DNA of 64,000 nt from Podarcis filfolensis (Eukaryota): assembly GCA_964270895.1 (NCBI GenBank), contig OZ185436.1. One strand, 5' to 3'. The notes beneath the pieces were generated by a model. That model did not search any database. It was not told the DNA's origin and worked only from the letters and a program-made list of their open reading frames with translations. A program made the position numbers and the translations under genes. Shown piece after piece: positions 1-12,694 of this stretch (positions within the stretch are counted from its first letter, which is position 1; every line of letters begins with the position of its first letter).

Positions 1-135
1 GGAAATGCACCCAAACCATCATGGGGGGAGCCGATTTTAACGAAAATGTATTAATTGGAAGTTGACTGGCACTTTGAGAATTGAATAATTTGGGAATTAA
101 TTGTTATTGTTATAATTTGGCTATTATTGGAAGTA

Positions 136-381
136 CAGTGATACCTCAGGATGCAAACAGGATCTGTTCCGGAGCCCCGTTCGCATCCTGAATAGAACGT
201 AAGATGTGTCTGCACGTGCGCGGGTCGCATTTTGCCGCTTCCGCGCATGTGCGTGATGTCATTTCGAGCGTCTGCGCATGCGGCGAAACCCGGAAGTAAC
301 ATGCTCCATTACTTCTGGGTTGCCGCAGAGCGCAACCCGAAAGCGCTCAGCCTGAAGCACATTCAACCCGAGGTATGACTG
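136..381. mobile_element. Tc1/mariner-type MITE (family B)
   Basis: TA-flanked, termini CAGTGATACCTC ... GAGGTATGACTG; related to copies at 20952-21141 and 49308-49524. Confidence 0.75.
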
Positions 382-1371
382 TATATTGGAAAACTAATTA
401 AAAAATGTTAAAAAAAAAAGAAGAAATGGCACCTAGAATTAAGACGGCAGTTACCATGTTCATTCTTAAAGAGTGTTTGATTTGTGGCATTCCACAGAGC
501 GTTGGAATAGTTAAGAATGTAGGTCATTGCCCGCATCTCTGCTTTTTCCTCCCTTATCTAGTTGCTACCTATTCATGCTATACAAACTGAAGGTAGCAAC
601 TCGAAGGCCTTGCACACACAGCTATGGCTGGCAGCCATGGCAGGAGGCTAGTGCAGAGAATTTACCTGTGCTCCTAGAATATCTCGGCATTAATTACATT
701 AACAGAAGCCAGCTTACTTAGGTTAGGCTTACACTCCTGTTTATACATCTTGGAGATCCAGCTGCAAGCCGACACCTCTGTGCGCAAATATGAAGTGAAA
801 ACCTGCTCGCTGTGGCAGGAGCTGCTTGGGTATATTGATGCTGGTTGAACTTTGATGTTTTTTCGCTCCCCTGGGGATGAGTGTTTCTTTTTCTCTCTCC
901 CCCACAGCAAACGGAGGGCTGGCTTTTGTTCTGCAACTTTCCTTACAGAAGGAAGGCAGAGTCTGGTTGGGTTGGCAAAACAGGTTATGTAATATTTCTG
1001 CTCCACTGGGGCATGAGCTTGCTGGCTGAACCAGCTGTGAAATCAAGACAGATCAGAAGCAACGGTATCAGGCAGCGTCTCCCTTTTAAAGGGGAAGATA
1101 CTCATTTCCTATTTGTTCAAACCATACGCTGGGTTCTCCTCCTGTTACGCTGAACAAGTGTGATGATGCTTTTCCAGGGGATCAACTAAATTTTAACGCA
1201 GCAGACGTGTTAACATGGACATTTGAACGTTCCTTTCTAAATGACTAAAACTGGATTTAATTGTTGGTTTTTATAAGCCAACTGTAATCGGTTTTATAAA
1301 CCAACTGGACTGTAATATAAACCACCCATGATTTCAGATAAAGAATTAAGAGGATGTTATAGCTATCTAAC

Positions 1372-1712
1372 GGGACGCGAGTGGCGCTGTGGTCTAAACC
1401 ACAGAGCCTAGGACTTGCTGATCAGAAGGTCAGCGGTTCGAATCCCCACGACGGGGTGAGCTCCCATTGCTTGGTCCCTGCTCCTGCCAACCTAGCAGTT
1501 TGAAAGCACGTCAAAGTGCAAGTAGATAAAGAGGTACCGCTCCGGCGGGAAGGTAAACGGCATTTCCATGCACTGCTCTGGTTCGCCAGAAGCGGCTTAG
1601 TCATGCTGGCCACATGACCCAGAAGCCCTTGGCCAATAAAGCGAGATGAGCGCCGCAACCCCGGAGTCGGTCACAACTGGACCTAATGGTCAGGGGTCCT
1701 TCTACCTTTACC
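1372..1712 (+). mobile_element. Sauria SINE, full length
   Basis: GGGACGCG head with pol III B-box GGTTCGAATCC, TTTACC tail; flanking TSD ATAGCT(A/G)TCTAAC. Confidence 0.9.
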
Positions 1713-2356
1713 ATATAGCTGTCTAACACAAAGTGGTATTATCAGGTGAGAGACAATAGTCAGAAGTCAAGTCTGAGAACGCTAATCTTTCCCATACATT
1801 AACTCTGCAACATGGTGGTCATACTTTTCAGCAAAATTCTCAAAAAAGAAAAAAAGGAAAGCCCAGTTGATAATTTCAGCAGGAAATGCTGGTGGTTGCA
1901 GAATATGCCAAATTAGAATGCATCAATGCAAACAAATCTTTTTCCAACACCATCTGAATATAGAGTCCTCTCCCGCCTCTCCAACTCTTTGCTCACATGA
2001 TCTAGCACCACTGGTGCTTTCCCAGCAACCACAATATCCAGTCATTCACTCACTATGAGAGGAAATGCCTTCTTTGTCGATAAATGTGTCAGGAACCAAA
2101 CAGTGACTTTTAAATCTCTCAGACTAAAAATCTGAGCAGGAGAGAATACTAGGCAGAAAGTTCAGATAATCCAAGGCTGCTGTATAAAAGCTGCCTCTTT
2201 TCCAGGGCCTCATCCAAAAGGTAAATTCTTCGCTGATGTGATTATCTTTGTGCAGACCTTTTTGGAGGATTTCAAAGGTGGTCTCTGCCTTGATCACAGC
2301 TTGGGCCCAACACCTTTTGGACATAAACTACAGGAATCAGAAAATGACATACTTAC

Positions 2357-2461
2357 CACTAAGGGAGCGGCTTGGGGAGGAATGTTGGCTGTTTGGTGTG
2401 CTCACAGTAGGGCCCACAATCGTGGAGGTGAACTCCTTTTCCAAAGAGGAATCTCCACTAC
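2357..2461 (-). CDS. IKZF4: IKZF4 coding exon (105 nt, phase 1-1): GSGDSSLEKEFTSTIVGPTVSTPNSQHSSPSRSLS
   Basis: Acceptor ttgttccccaaag|GTAGT, donor AGTG|gtaagt; peptide matches the recalled human Eos segment SGDSSLEKEFLGAPVGPSVSTPNSQHSSPSRSLS. Confidence 0.95.
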
Positions 2462-3657
2462 CTTTGGGGAACAAAAAGAAGCAGAGAGCACAGGTAAGCC
2501 TCGTTTCAAGAAATCAAGAAATATTTTTCCTGTGCTTAGGACTGAAGATGGGCACAGAGGAAAGGAAACTCTCCTGATGAGTTTGAGTAAAGTCTAGATT
2601 TTGCAGCCTACAAAATCTGAATGAAAAAAATTCCATTGGTGCTCTGACTGAATGAAAACCTAGCAGGAGGAATCCCAACAAATCCCAACCATGTATATAA
2701 TAAGTGCCCTGTTCTTGCACCGTATAGTTTATGATGATCAGATGATTACCAGTGTAGACCCAGATACAATGAACATCCGACCAGCATTTCAGAAGAGAGA
2801 TGTCAGATACTGATAGAACCAGTTCTATTACATACATAAAGCAGCCTTCTTGTATTTATAAGACTAAATTCATAAATGTTTTCAGAATGATGATACTGGT
2901 GTAACATGTATAACATGCATTGTCAAAATAAGCCTGCAGCCTCTAAGCTACCCGAATGCTTGTAACCAATATATGCAGCAGCACTTGGGAATCATCAAAG
3001 AAGTGCAAATATCTCATTACATGGCAATTATAGGATAAAGGGATCCCCATTTAAAATTTGAATCACCTCAAATAAAAGCAAGGGTATACGTAGCTTTGTT
3101 GTTGTGCAAATAATACGCAATATGAATACAGAAATGTGTCATACAGAAGAGTTTCAACATGAAGTCTCATGGAATAGCTGATATATATATATATGAATGA
3201 TTATGGAATCCAGGCTCAAGATAACAATACTACAGTGAACTGATTTCAAATACATTCTTCATGTATGGATTCCTGTGTTGTTTGCTGTTGCCTCCAAGAG
3301 GAAGAAGGCATGCACCAAAAGCACTTGCTTAGTTCGTTCTCTTTATCTATTTATGGGGAAGAACATGAATCAGTTGCATATAAAGATCTTATTAACAGTT
3401 TATTAGCTACAGTGTACGTGGAAGTCATGCAACACTAGGGAGTTCGCAGAATCTTGCATTTTACTTTTTTTTAGAGTCTGACAGCTTGCCCTTTTAGAGA
3501 AGCTAGCCCAACTAAATTATCCAAATGTGTACTCTTGTTGTTTTTTAGTGTGCAGTTTCCATTTCTTCCATTAATAAGAACCCATCCTCCCTAAGCCCAC
3601 CTCATTTATTGTTTTGGAAAGGGTGTGGGTTGTATTCAACAACAGTCATGCTCTAAG

Positions 3658-3770
3658 TAGAATCATAGAATCATAGAATAGAATCATAGAGTTGGAAAAG
3701 ACCACAAGGGCCATCGAGTCCAACCCCCTGCCAAGCAGGAAACACCATCAGAGCAGGAAACACCATCAGA
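3658..3770 (-). mobile_element. CR1 LINE 3' end fragment
   Basis: Repeated ATCATAGA tail (reverse of the CR1 ATTCTATG tail) followed by gagttggaaaagaccacaagggccatcgagtccaacccc. Confidence 0.7.
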
Positions 3771-5556
3771 GTAGGACCAATGGAATTTATGGACATGGCT
3801 AAGTTTGGTATATTCATTTCAACAAGTCTTCTCTGAGAAGAACTTCATTGGATTCAACCCAATCTTACTTAAGAGAGGAATTCAACTAAGTTTTACTCAG
3901 AGTAGACCCACTGCAATTAATGGGCTTAACTTAGTCATGTTTATTAATTTCAGTGGGTCAATTGCTTGAACTGACACAACCATCTCCTTAGTGCCATGTT
4001 ATATTCCACACATTATCCCATTTTTTAAAAAAAATCATTGTACACTGTATACTGAAAACACAACCTATCGATAAAAAAACCTACTTGTTTAGTGACTTAA
4101 CATGACTATGGAGGGACAGAATCACTCAACAAGATACATCAGTGCACTTTACACACCCATATTAAATATTTGCATTGGTGTATCTGCCTGCAGCTCCACC
4201 AATTTAAAGGAGTTAAGTGTACTTAATCTAAAGACTCAGTTTAAGATGGGGCATGATCATCTTTATGTTTTATAATGAAGCCAAATGAAGGCAAGGGACG
4301 ATGTTGCTCCTTTTGGATACAACATTCCTGGCTTGCTATAGGATTGCAGCCTACCTCCTTTTGCATGCATTGGGGGGAACCCTCTTAAATAAATTTTATT
4401 CATTTAAACTAAATAAACCAGGATAACTAACTACGCCAAAGCTAACATAAAATGGGAGACCCAATGTTTGTCGCTGACTTGCTAAGGAATCTCCAGCCTG
4501 TCGGTGTGTCATTATGCCCAGTGTAGGTCCCAATTTAGCCCACAAAGCCATTTTCTCCAAACCACATCAACCTTCCTCCATACTTGATAACTTATGTGGG
4601 GGAGAGAAGGGAATGGTTCCAAAGGAATAATCTCGAAACCACTGGGGGCTTCAAGGGAACTCTGGACTGTTCTTTTCCAAGCAGGGCTTGCTGATCTGGT
4701 GGAGTCCCATATTGTCTATTTGTAGCTAATTAAAGCAAGCCCTTTTGAAGCTGTCCCAGGAGGTCATAATGATGCCAGGAGGTTGACAGGTAGGCAGAGC
4801 TGCCCACCTGTCAAAGTTGGCCCACAGGTGTGTATGCGGGAAGGATTTAGCTTGCCAGCCACGTTCAGTTCACCACCCCTGTGCTAAACTGCAGTTTAGC
4901 AATCCAGGATAATTACAACTTAACCAGTCCATTGTAGAAAGCTGCAGGGAAGCAGAGCAGAAACCATGGAATGCTAATTGACGGTAGCTTGGTAAACTGC
5001 ATTTATCACTGTTTCTCGCTGAAGGTTTTTGAAGAGACTGGAAGGAATGTCTTGGGCTTAAATCTCACCGATGTGACAAAATCTGTCTCAGTTCTACTAT
5101 TTCAGAATGCAGGTGGGGGCTCACAGGAGTCCAAGCTCCTCCATACGAGAAAATCCCTGTGCATGGGAAAGAAGCGTCACAGCTGTCAAGACAGGAGGTT
5201 ACTAGAGTATGCAGAAGTGTAGCCAGGCTGAACAACAGCAGCAGGCAAAGCTGGAAATTGGCACTCCTTGCCACTTGATGCCACTGGGGCCTTGTGTAGC
5301 AATGATGGCCATTGAATGTCTTCTATCTCCCTTCCACGCTGCAACTTAAGACCGTGGGTTGTATCCAATGTAGCGTGAAGTTAAAGAAACTTAGCAATGA
5401 ACCTGTTCCATTAGTGAGTTATCTTGCGCAAGAGGTTCCAAAAAACGAACAGCTTGTATTTTTAAGTGCAATTTGTACACCTGTGCTAGTGCAAGCTCTT
5501 GCGCAATCGTTACATCGGCGGACCTGCTACGTGGGTTTACCCCTAATATGCAACAC

Positions 5557-6068
5557 AAACCTAGACAGCATCTTAAAAAGCAGAGACATCACCTTGCCAA
5601 CAAAGGTCCGTATAGTAAAAGCTATGGTTCTCCCAGTAGTGATATATGGAAGTGAGAGCTGGACCATAAAGAAGGCTGATCGCCAAAGAATTTATGCTTT
5701 TGAATTATGGTGCTGGAGGAGACTCTTGAGAGTCCCATGGACTGCAAGAAGATCAGACCTATCCATTCTTAAGGAAATCAGCCCTGAGTGCTCACTGGAA
5801 GGACAGGTCCTGAAGCTGAGGCTCCAATACTTTGGCCACTTCATGAGAAGAGAAGACTCCCTGGAAAAGACCCTGATATTGGAAAAGATGGAGGGCACAA
5901 GGAGAAGGGGACGACAGAGAACGAGATGGTTGGACAGTGTTCTCGAAGCAACCAGCATGAGTTTGACCAAACTGCGGGAGGCAGTGGAAGACAGGAGTGC
6001 CTGGCGTGCTCTGGTCCATGGGGTCACGAAGAGTCGGACACGACTAAACGACTAAACAACAACAACAA
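5557..6068 (+). mobile_element. BovB/RTE LINE, 5'-truncated 3' end
   Basis: Peptide LKSRDITLPTKVRIVKAMV...RLQYFGH...WRALVHGVTKSRTRLND is the BovB ORF C-terminus; (CAA)n tail; 9-bp TSD ATGCAACAC. This explains ORF 5312-6055. Confidence 0.92.
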
Positions 6069-6389
6069 ATGCAACACTGGAAAACAGACCTCTGCTTTCA
6101 CAAGGAAACTTGCACGAGCGAACTAACAGCTCTGGATACAACCCTTTGACTTAAAATACAGACTCAAGCCATTACTTAAACATCAGCCAAGCTCTTCCCT
6201 CTAGCCTGGTGAAGGGTTCTGTGGAACCTGAAAGTTTGCTCAGTACAAAGGTATTGTCTCCTAATGTCGGCTTTTTTTCTTACGGGTCAACATGAGTACT
6301 TTTGCTTTTCTATTTATTCAGATGAAAATAAGAACAACTTCCTTGTTGTTCATTGGCACTGCATTTAGAGAAGCAGGATCAGTACAGGC

Positions 6390-6734
6390 CATAGCTGTCA
6401 ACTTACAGATTTGAAAATAAGGGACCAACAGCCTCGAAAATAAGGGATCAGCAGCCAAAATAAGGGATCAACAATTACTTTGATAAAATACATACTTTGT
6501 TGCATGCAACATATTTTTTTGCATGGACCTATTAGGTCCATAAATTACCATATAGCATATATTCAACACAAAAAACAGCAACAATTTGTTGTTGACAAAG
6601 GACAGCTGGACATAGAAAGGGCCCCATTACCTTCAGTAGCTTATTAAAGGGACATCATCAATAAGGGACAGCAGCGGGACATGGTGCTGGGATAAGGGAC
6701 TATCCCGCCAAATAAGGGACGCTTGACAGCTATG
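6390..6734. mobile_element. hAT-type MITE with AATAAGGGA subterminal repeats
   Basis: 12-bp terminal inverted repeat (TIR) CATAGCTGTCAA/TTGACAGCTATG and perfect 8-bp TSD GTACAGGC. Confidence 0.88.
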
Positions 6735-7946
6735 GTACAGGCAGCATAATGACTGCAATGAAAATACTGTAGCAATGCCAGCCCCCCAAACGTCTTTTCT
6801 GCAAGGCACTGTCCCCTCACCCCAATTCCTGTCTAGTGCCCCTGTAGTTTGGAAGCACTCTTATCTACTTAGGAAAAAAGCAAGTTCTAAAAGACAGGAA
6901 GCAAGTCTGGAGACATTCTCATCAGAGAGGCTTTAGTACAGAGACAGGTGATTTTCTTCAGAGTTTGAATGCTAGCTGCTGTTCTCATGCCCACATAGCT
7001 TAGCACATTCCAGGATCTGCCAAGATAAAGGAAACAAACTGTTCCGACCAGGTGAAGTCAAATTTAACACAGGCACAGCATGCAAGGCTGGTGCCTTGTG
7101 ATCATTTTATCGTTAAGGAAAAGTTGTTGCTTTCTTCTCCCAGGTGGGCCCCAAGGCCAAGACTTTCTGGGTCCTGAAAAAAGGAATTTCACCCTTTCCC
7201 TTAAGGCTGTCATTCCTCAGGTGGGTAAACAGGAGAGTCTATGTCATAGTAAGCCTATCTCTGCAAGTGCCTAGAAGCAGCCACACACCCCTCAAGATGG
7301 ATATGAATCGTTTAATTAGAAGTTAGCCGTGATACGACTATGCAAAATAGGCACCAGCAGCAAACAGTTCGCAGCGGAGCACATTTAAGCAGCAATTACT
7401 CGAACCAAGGATTTCTTCTGCTCCTTGCCAGAGCACACAGAGAATTATGGCCCTGACCCCTTCCCTAGGCTTTTACTAAATAGCAGAGGGTGGAGGAAGA
7501 AAAAAGGGGGGCGTCTTTAACAGCCTTGTCCGCTGCTTTTATAACACATACTACATTTATCTTTTCCCTTTGGTTGCTCATCCCTAACCGATCGCCGGCA
7601 GTTGCATTTCTGATTTCGAACAGACTCTATCCCCCACCCCACCCCCTGACACAGACGATGAAGGAATTCTAGAGATCAATTTACTTGCATCGAAAGTGAG
7701 CCACTTCCTGCACTGTTCTGCATGGCATCAGACACACCCCAAATGGCGCCAAGTGTAAATGAAAACAGAAAAGAGCATGGAGTTATTTCACACGGCCACC
7801 CCGCTCCCCATTTAACTTACATTATTCTAGCTTGCTGAAGATACCCTGGAGTGTTATCACAGCCAACTCCTTGGAAACAGCACAGGAATACAGACTGTGT
7901 GTGTGTGTGGCTGCATCTCGGCAGTAGGGTGAACTCAGCCACTCAC

Positions 7947-7992
7947 CTTCCAGGAAGAAGAGATTCCTGGAAGTGAGAGAAACGGCCGTCAT
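7947..7992 (-). CDS. IKZF4: Probable alternative first coding exon of IKZF4: MTAVSLTSRNLFFLE(G); coding part only
   Basis: ATG with A at -3, 46 coding nt ending at a strong GAAG|gtgagt donor in phase 1, in frame with exon 2357-2461. Confidence 0.6.
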
Positions 7993-10778
7993 TTTACAGT
8001 CAAGCAGCACAGTTAGAGCAGGAATCCATACGGCTGCAGTGTCCCCTTTCGCTGAGATTCTGGCTTGCTCCTCTGAACGCTTTATATGCCTTGCCTCTGA
8101 AAACAGAGCCATCAGCTTACAAGGGGACATCCCTTTAGTGATGGGGTTTTTTAAAAAAAACAACCCCACATTGCCCGGGCTAGACAGAGCAAGGAAGTCC
8201 GTGGAAAAAACATCGCAGTTGTTGCCTAACCCCCATCACTTTGGCAACAGAATGAATGCTTCACAGTTGCTCTGGAAAGATAAGAGCTGCCACCGAAAGA
8301 GCCTTTAACACTCCAGAAAGTGGCAGGAGAAACTGAATAAGTACAATGAAACACTCCACTGCATTCAACAGAATATATATATATTTCTATTAAGGTGTGC
8401 TGCACATTGTACACAATTGACTCATTCTTTCACAGTAAAGTAGCCATGTTTCTTTGGCTAACCAGTTTTCTCTTGGCCAAATAGCTAGATCAAAACCATT
8501 AGGTACGGGATCAGCGCAAACAGCATACTTCATTTAAACGTTACTTGGGTAAATTGAAGAGCCAAAGGAGAGAGAGAAAAAATCTACTGAATGTGTGGAG
8601 TGGGGAATAAAGAAAATGTTTCCCTGCTCTTTCGAATACCTTGAGGAGATAAAGTAAAATCTTGACGGAAGCTTTCCCGTTGTAACTGGGCTCATCACAA
8701 ATCTAGTTCGTTATTCTTTTTGAAATCCCTACCCCATAGTTTTTCCCCATTCCGTCTTTTCCGCTAAGAGTTTAATCACTTCATGGAAACATGTTTTTTT
8801 GTTTTTGATTAGGAGTATAAATGCAAGCTACTGCTATCTTCTGATTAAAATTATGCACTTAGCTGTTGTATTTCTATCACGCCTACTTAAAAAAATCAGG
8901 AGAAAGAAGTGCATGTTACAGGAGCTTTAGCCGACTTCTGCAGAGTTAATTTCCATAATAAAAATAATAGTTCTAAAGGGGGGGAAAAAGCAAATGTCTA
9001 AATTTTAAATTATGCATATGTGTCCTAGCAGGCATTCATCGCCTCCTGCACGCAAGTGAGAGAAAAAGCAAATGCCTTCAAGAAGGCACCTACCACCCAT
9101 GGCTTTTAATCAAGAATAATGCTAAAGATCTGCTGCTCAATTAGTCAGAGGCACTTTTTAAATAGTTAAAGTCAATTTAACTGATCAATCAACTTGAAGT
9201 TGCGTATTTAATCATTTCAGACCAAGCACAGGCCTTTTCTTGAGAAAGGGAAATCCTGAGCTCAGTACTACAAACAAACAAACAAACTCATTGGAACCAG
9301 GACCTAAGTTTTCAAGTCAGCACTGTAGAGAGCGAAAAAATAAAAACTGAATTCCAGCTTTGAATTTTTCAATGGTCAGACTCTGGGATTTTTCTAGCCT
9401 TGTCTACACTATGTATTTACCGCACATCAGTGCTGGTTTCACGGTCCAATGTGTTTCTCACCTGCTAGGGATACACTGCAACATACATCCTCCCTGCTTC
9501 TGCCTGATATGATTACACCAACAATAATGGTTGCCATATTTTATCCCAGGCCAATGAGGACAGACTGCTGTGCTTCCATCTCTCTGTCCTGCTGCAGAAG
9601 TGTGCTTTAATGGAAACCCTGTGAACCAAACATCAAGGCTATTGTCCGCTTTCTACTAGTTGAGGAGGAGCAACTGTCAATTCTCAGCTGCAATCGTGGG
9701 CACTCTGACAGTTTTTCAAATAAAAAAGAGAGCACGCACAATTGCAATTCCTAACTTGAAGTTCCATCTCTTTTCCTCGTTTGGAACACACGTACAATAA
9801 TATTTTCCATGATGGGAATATTCAAGAACAGGAGGAGTACACAACTGTGCAATTCTAGCTCAAGTGTGTGGGGGGGGGAGCTGGGGAAAAGGGTAACAAA
9901 CTAGGAAATGTAACTAGCTTTGTTGTCCTAGAAAAAGCCAACATCATTTGGGAACAGGATGAGACGACAAGTCTAAGCAGGTGATCAGCAGATTCCCTGA
10001 GTTAATGCAAGTCATTCTCAGAGTAGACTCATGGGCTTACTTATGGATGGCAATGGGTTTACGCGGAGCATTCCCCATTATCTGAAGAAACCTGAGAATA
10101 CTCTTGGCTTTAAATGAACTGAAAACAGGAGCCCATAACTTTCAGCTGGCCTTGGTCAGCCACAATTTGTGGGTGCTGTCGACCCTTGCTATTGCTCACC
10201 CCATTGGGGGGCAGAGCCTCCTTCCTTATTCATGCTGAGCTTTATAAACATTCTGAAAGCAGTGAGACCTCTTCCTTCTTTCAGAGTGCCTCTAGTCTAG
10301 ACCTCTTGCCAGATTAAAAGATTACTCCTGCCACTGGAAAGCTGGAAAGCGTACTTGTGGACCTACTAATGGTGAAAAGTCTTTTCCATGTTCTACAGCA
10401 TCAGTCTGAAAGGTTGTTGTTAAGTAAAATCCCTAAATATAACTGTCCTCACACCATAAAGGTTAGGACCACACTCACAACAAGAGGCAGTTAAGCATCT
10501 GAAGAGGAATGACCACTTGAATATTGAATATCTCTTGAATATATCCCCATCAACAGGCAAACTGATCAACATCTCTACCGGCTTCCTTGATTAGCTCTGC
10601 TCACCTTGTCAGCAGCCTGTTCCCAATCTGCATGTCACACTAATGTCATAAGCATAACCGAGAGCTCAGCAGAAAAGGGAAAAACAGGTAAGACTGAAAA
10701 TGTTTCAGATTATGTAGCTCCTGGACTGTACATTGTAGGGGAAAAGGCTTTCAAAGAAAGGAACCAGACTGGTAATAA

Positions 10779-12694
10779 CACTGGGCAACAATTTTTTACT
10801 TTTTGAATGTTGTCTAGATTTCTACAACTGATTTAGGGTATTTTTGCACTGCTGAATCAGGAAATGGCATCCGTTTCTCTCCATCAGGTCAGGTTTACTG
10901 TAAACTGAATGGTGGGCATTGATAAAGGTAAGTACACGTAAATTGCATGTTGCTTCACCATTTTTCAAACTTCTGGGTTTGAACTTCCATTTCTTGGAAC
11001 TCCTGGAATGCTCAGCGGCAGGGAGGTCTCTCTTCAGAGTCCAACAGTAGTCAGCCATCATGACTGCATCCCAGCGACCCTGATACCTGGTCTCCATCTC
11101 TTTCATGTCCTGATGGAATCTCTCCCCCTGCTTGTCACTCATTGAACCCAGGTTCTCAGGAAACCGGTCCATATGTGAAAATAGGTAGTGCATCTTGACG
11201 CTCATGTTGCAGTCCAGGTTTCTGAAAGCAGACAGCATGTTGTTGACAAGTTCTGCGTAGTTTTTGGCCTTATTGTTGCCAAGAAAGTTCTTCACTACGA
11301 GAACAAATGCCTTCCATGCTTCCAGTTCCACTTCATTCATTGAGTTTCCAAACTCTGGATCTCTGATGAGCTGACGGATCTGAGGACCATCAAAGATGCC
11401 AGCTTTCAACTTCTCCATGGTCAATCCTGGAAAAGCCTGGCACAAGTAAGTGAAGCAGTCACCATCCTTGTCCAGAGCCTTGGTGAACTGCTTGATTAAC
11501 CTGTGCTTGATGTGCAGCGGTGGGAAGAGTATTCTGTCTCTGTCCACCAGAGGGGCGTTGATGACGTTCCTTTCTTTGCAAGGCACCAATTCCTCCCGCA
11601 CAGGCCAGTCCTTCTTTGTGTAATGCTGAGCACGGTCCCTACTATCCCACATGCACAGAAAACATGGGTATTTGGTGAAGCCAAACTGTTGTCCTAACAA
11701 AAAGTTCACCATCTTCAGGTCAACACAAATAAACCATTTATGCTGATCATAACCAATTTTCTCCAGCACATACTTCACCGCTTCATAGTTCTCCTTCAGT
11801 GTACACGAGTGAGGCAGGGGTATAGAGGCAAACTGGTTGCCGTTGTGTAGCAGAACACATTTCAGTGATCGCTTGCTGCTGTCAATGAACAGTCTCCAAT
11901 CTTTGGGTTCGTACTGTGGCACTCCAAGCTTGAGCAGAAGCTGCGCAATATCTGCACAGTACACCAAGTCCTTCTCTTCCGAGAAAAAACGGAGGTACTC
12001 TTGATGCCTGTTGCGGAAGAAGCTGATGCGAGCACTGTCAGAGAGGAGGTTTTTTTCCTTCAATCTGGATGCCAAAAGTTCGGCAGAGTCCTTTGACAAG
12101 CTGAGGTCACGAACTAGATCATTCAACTCCTTTTGGGAAAATGGATGTGGAGCATCATCTTCAAGAACCACTTCTTCTTCTTCATGTCCTTCAACACTGG
12201 AGGCATATTCGTCACTAATGTCAGGAAGTTCTCCGGAGATAGGCACCGGAATTTCATCACAATGAGCTGCAGGACGACGTGCTGATTGAAGATCAGGATA
12301 CTTCGTGGGGCGGCTGCCCCATTAACTTAGTTTTGATCCCCCAACTTTATGCTTTGCCGCACCAATTTATGGAAGATTTCGAGGTTTTATGACTTCAAAC
12401 TGATCCCTTTTCGACATAATCACCCAGAACTATCAGACCTGAATACTTCTTGTCATTAAAATAATCATTTCCAATCAAAACAATTATTCGACATGGCATT
12501 TTACCCCCACCAACTTCTTCTAAAATGCTCCACACAAGCGTACATGTGAACAAAAACGTAAAAAACGACATGTGGCCATAGCTCAAAAACTTGACCTGAT
12601 TGAGCAAAACCAATGTGATTTTTGGATTCAGCGCATCAGATTCGTCCTAAATCAGCTGAAAAAATGCAGACAACAAATTTGTTGTTGACCAGTG
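10779..12694 (-). mobile_element. Chapaev3 (CMC superfamily) DNA transposon, 1916 bp, internally deleted
   Basis: Termini CACTGG(G/T)CAACAA inverted at both ends, 3-bp TAA TSD on both sides, subterminal GCTGAATC/GATTCAGC inverted motif, transposase core inside. Confidence 0.88.
10822..12321 (-). pseudogene. Chapaev3 transposase core, open frame lacking the N-terminal cysteine-rich domain and an upstream in-frame ATG
   Basis: Motifs KYPDL..RRP, FSQKELNDLVRDL, WRLFIDSSK, CVDLKMV, KYPCFLC.WDSR, PPLHIK, GERFHQD, MMADYCW; open from 12321 to the stop at 10822. Confidence 0.8.

Noticed and set aside
674-1153. Overlapping ORFs as the next IKZF4 exon (expected ANSIKVEMYSDEE)
   Set aside because: No frame shows the expected peptide; that exon must lie left of the window.
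5312-6055. 247-aa ORF as a host gene
   Set aside because: The C-terminal two thirds is BovB ORF sequence; the front part is flanking DNA that happens to be in frame.
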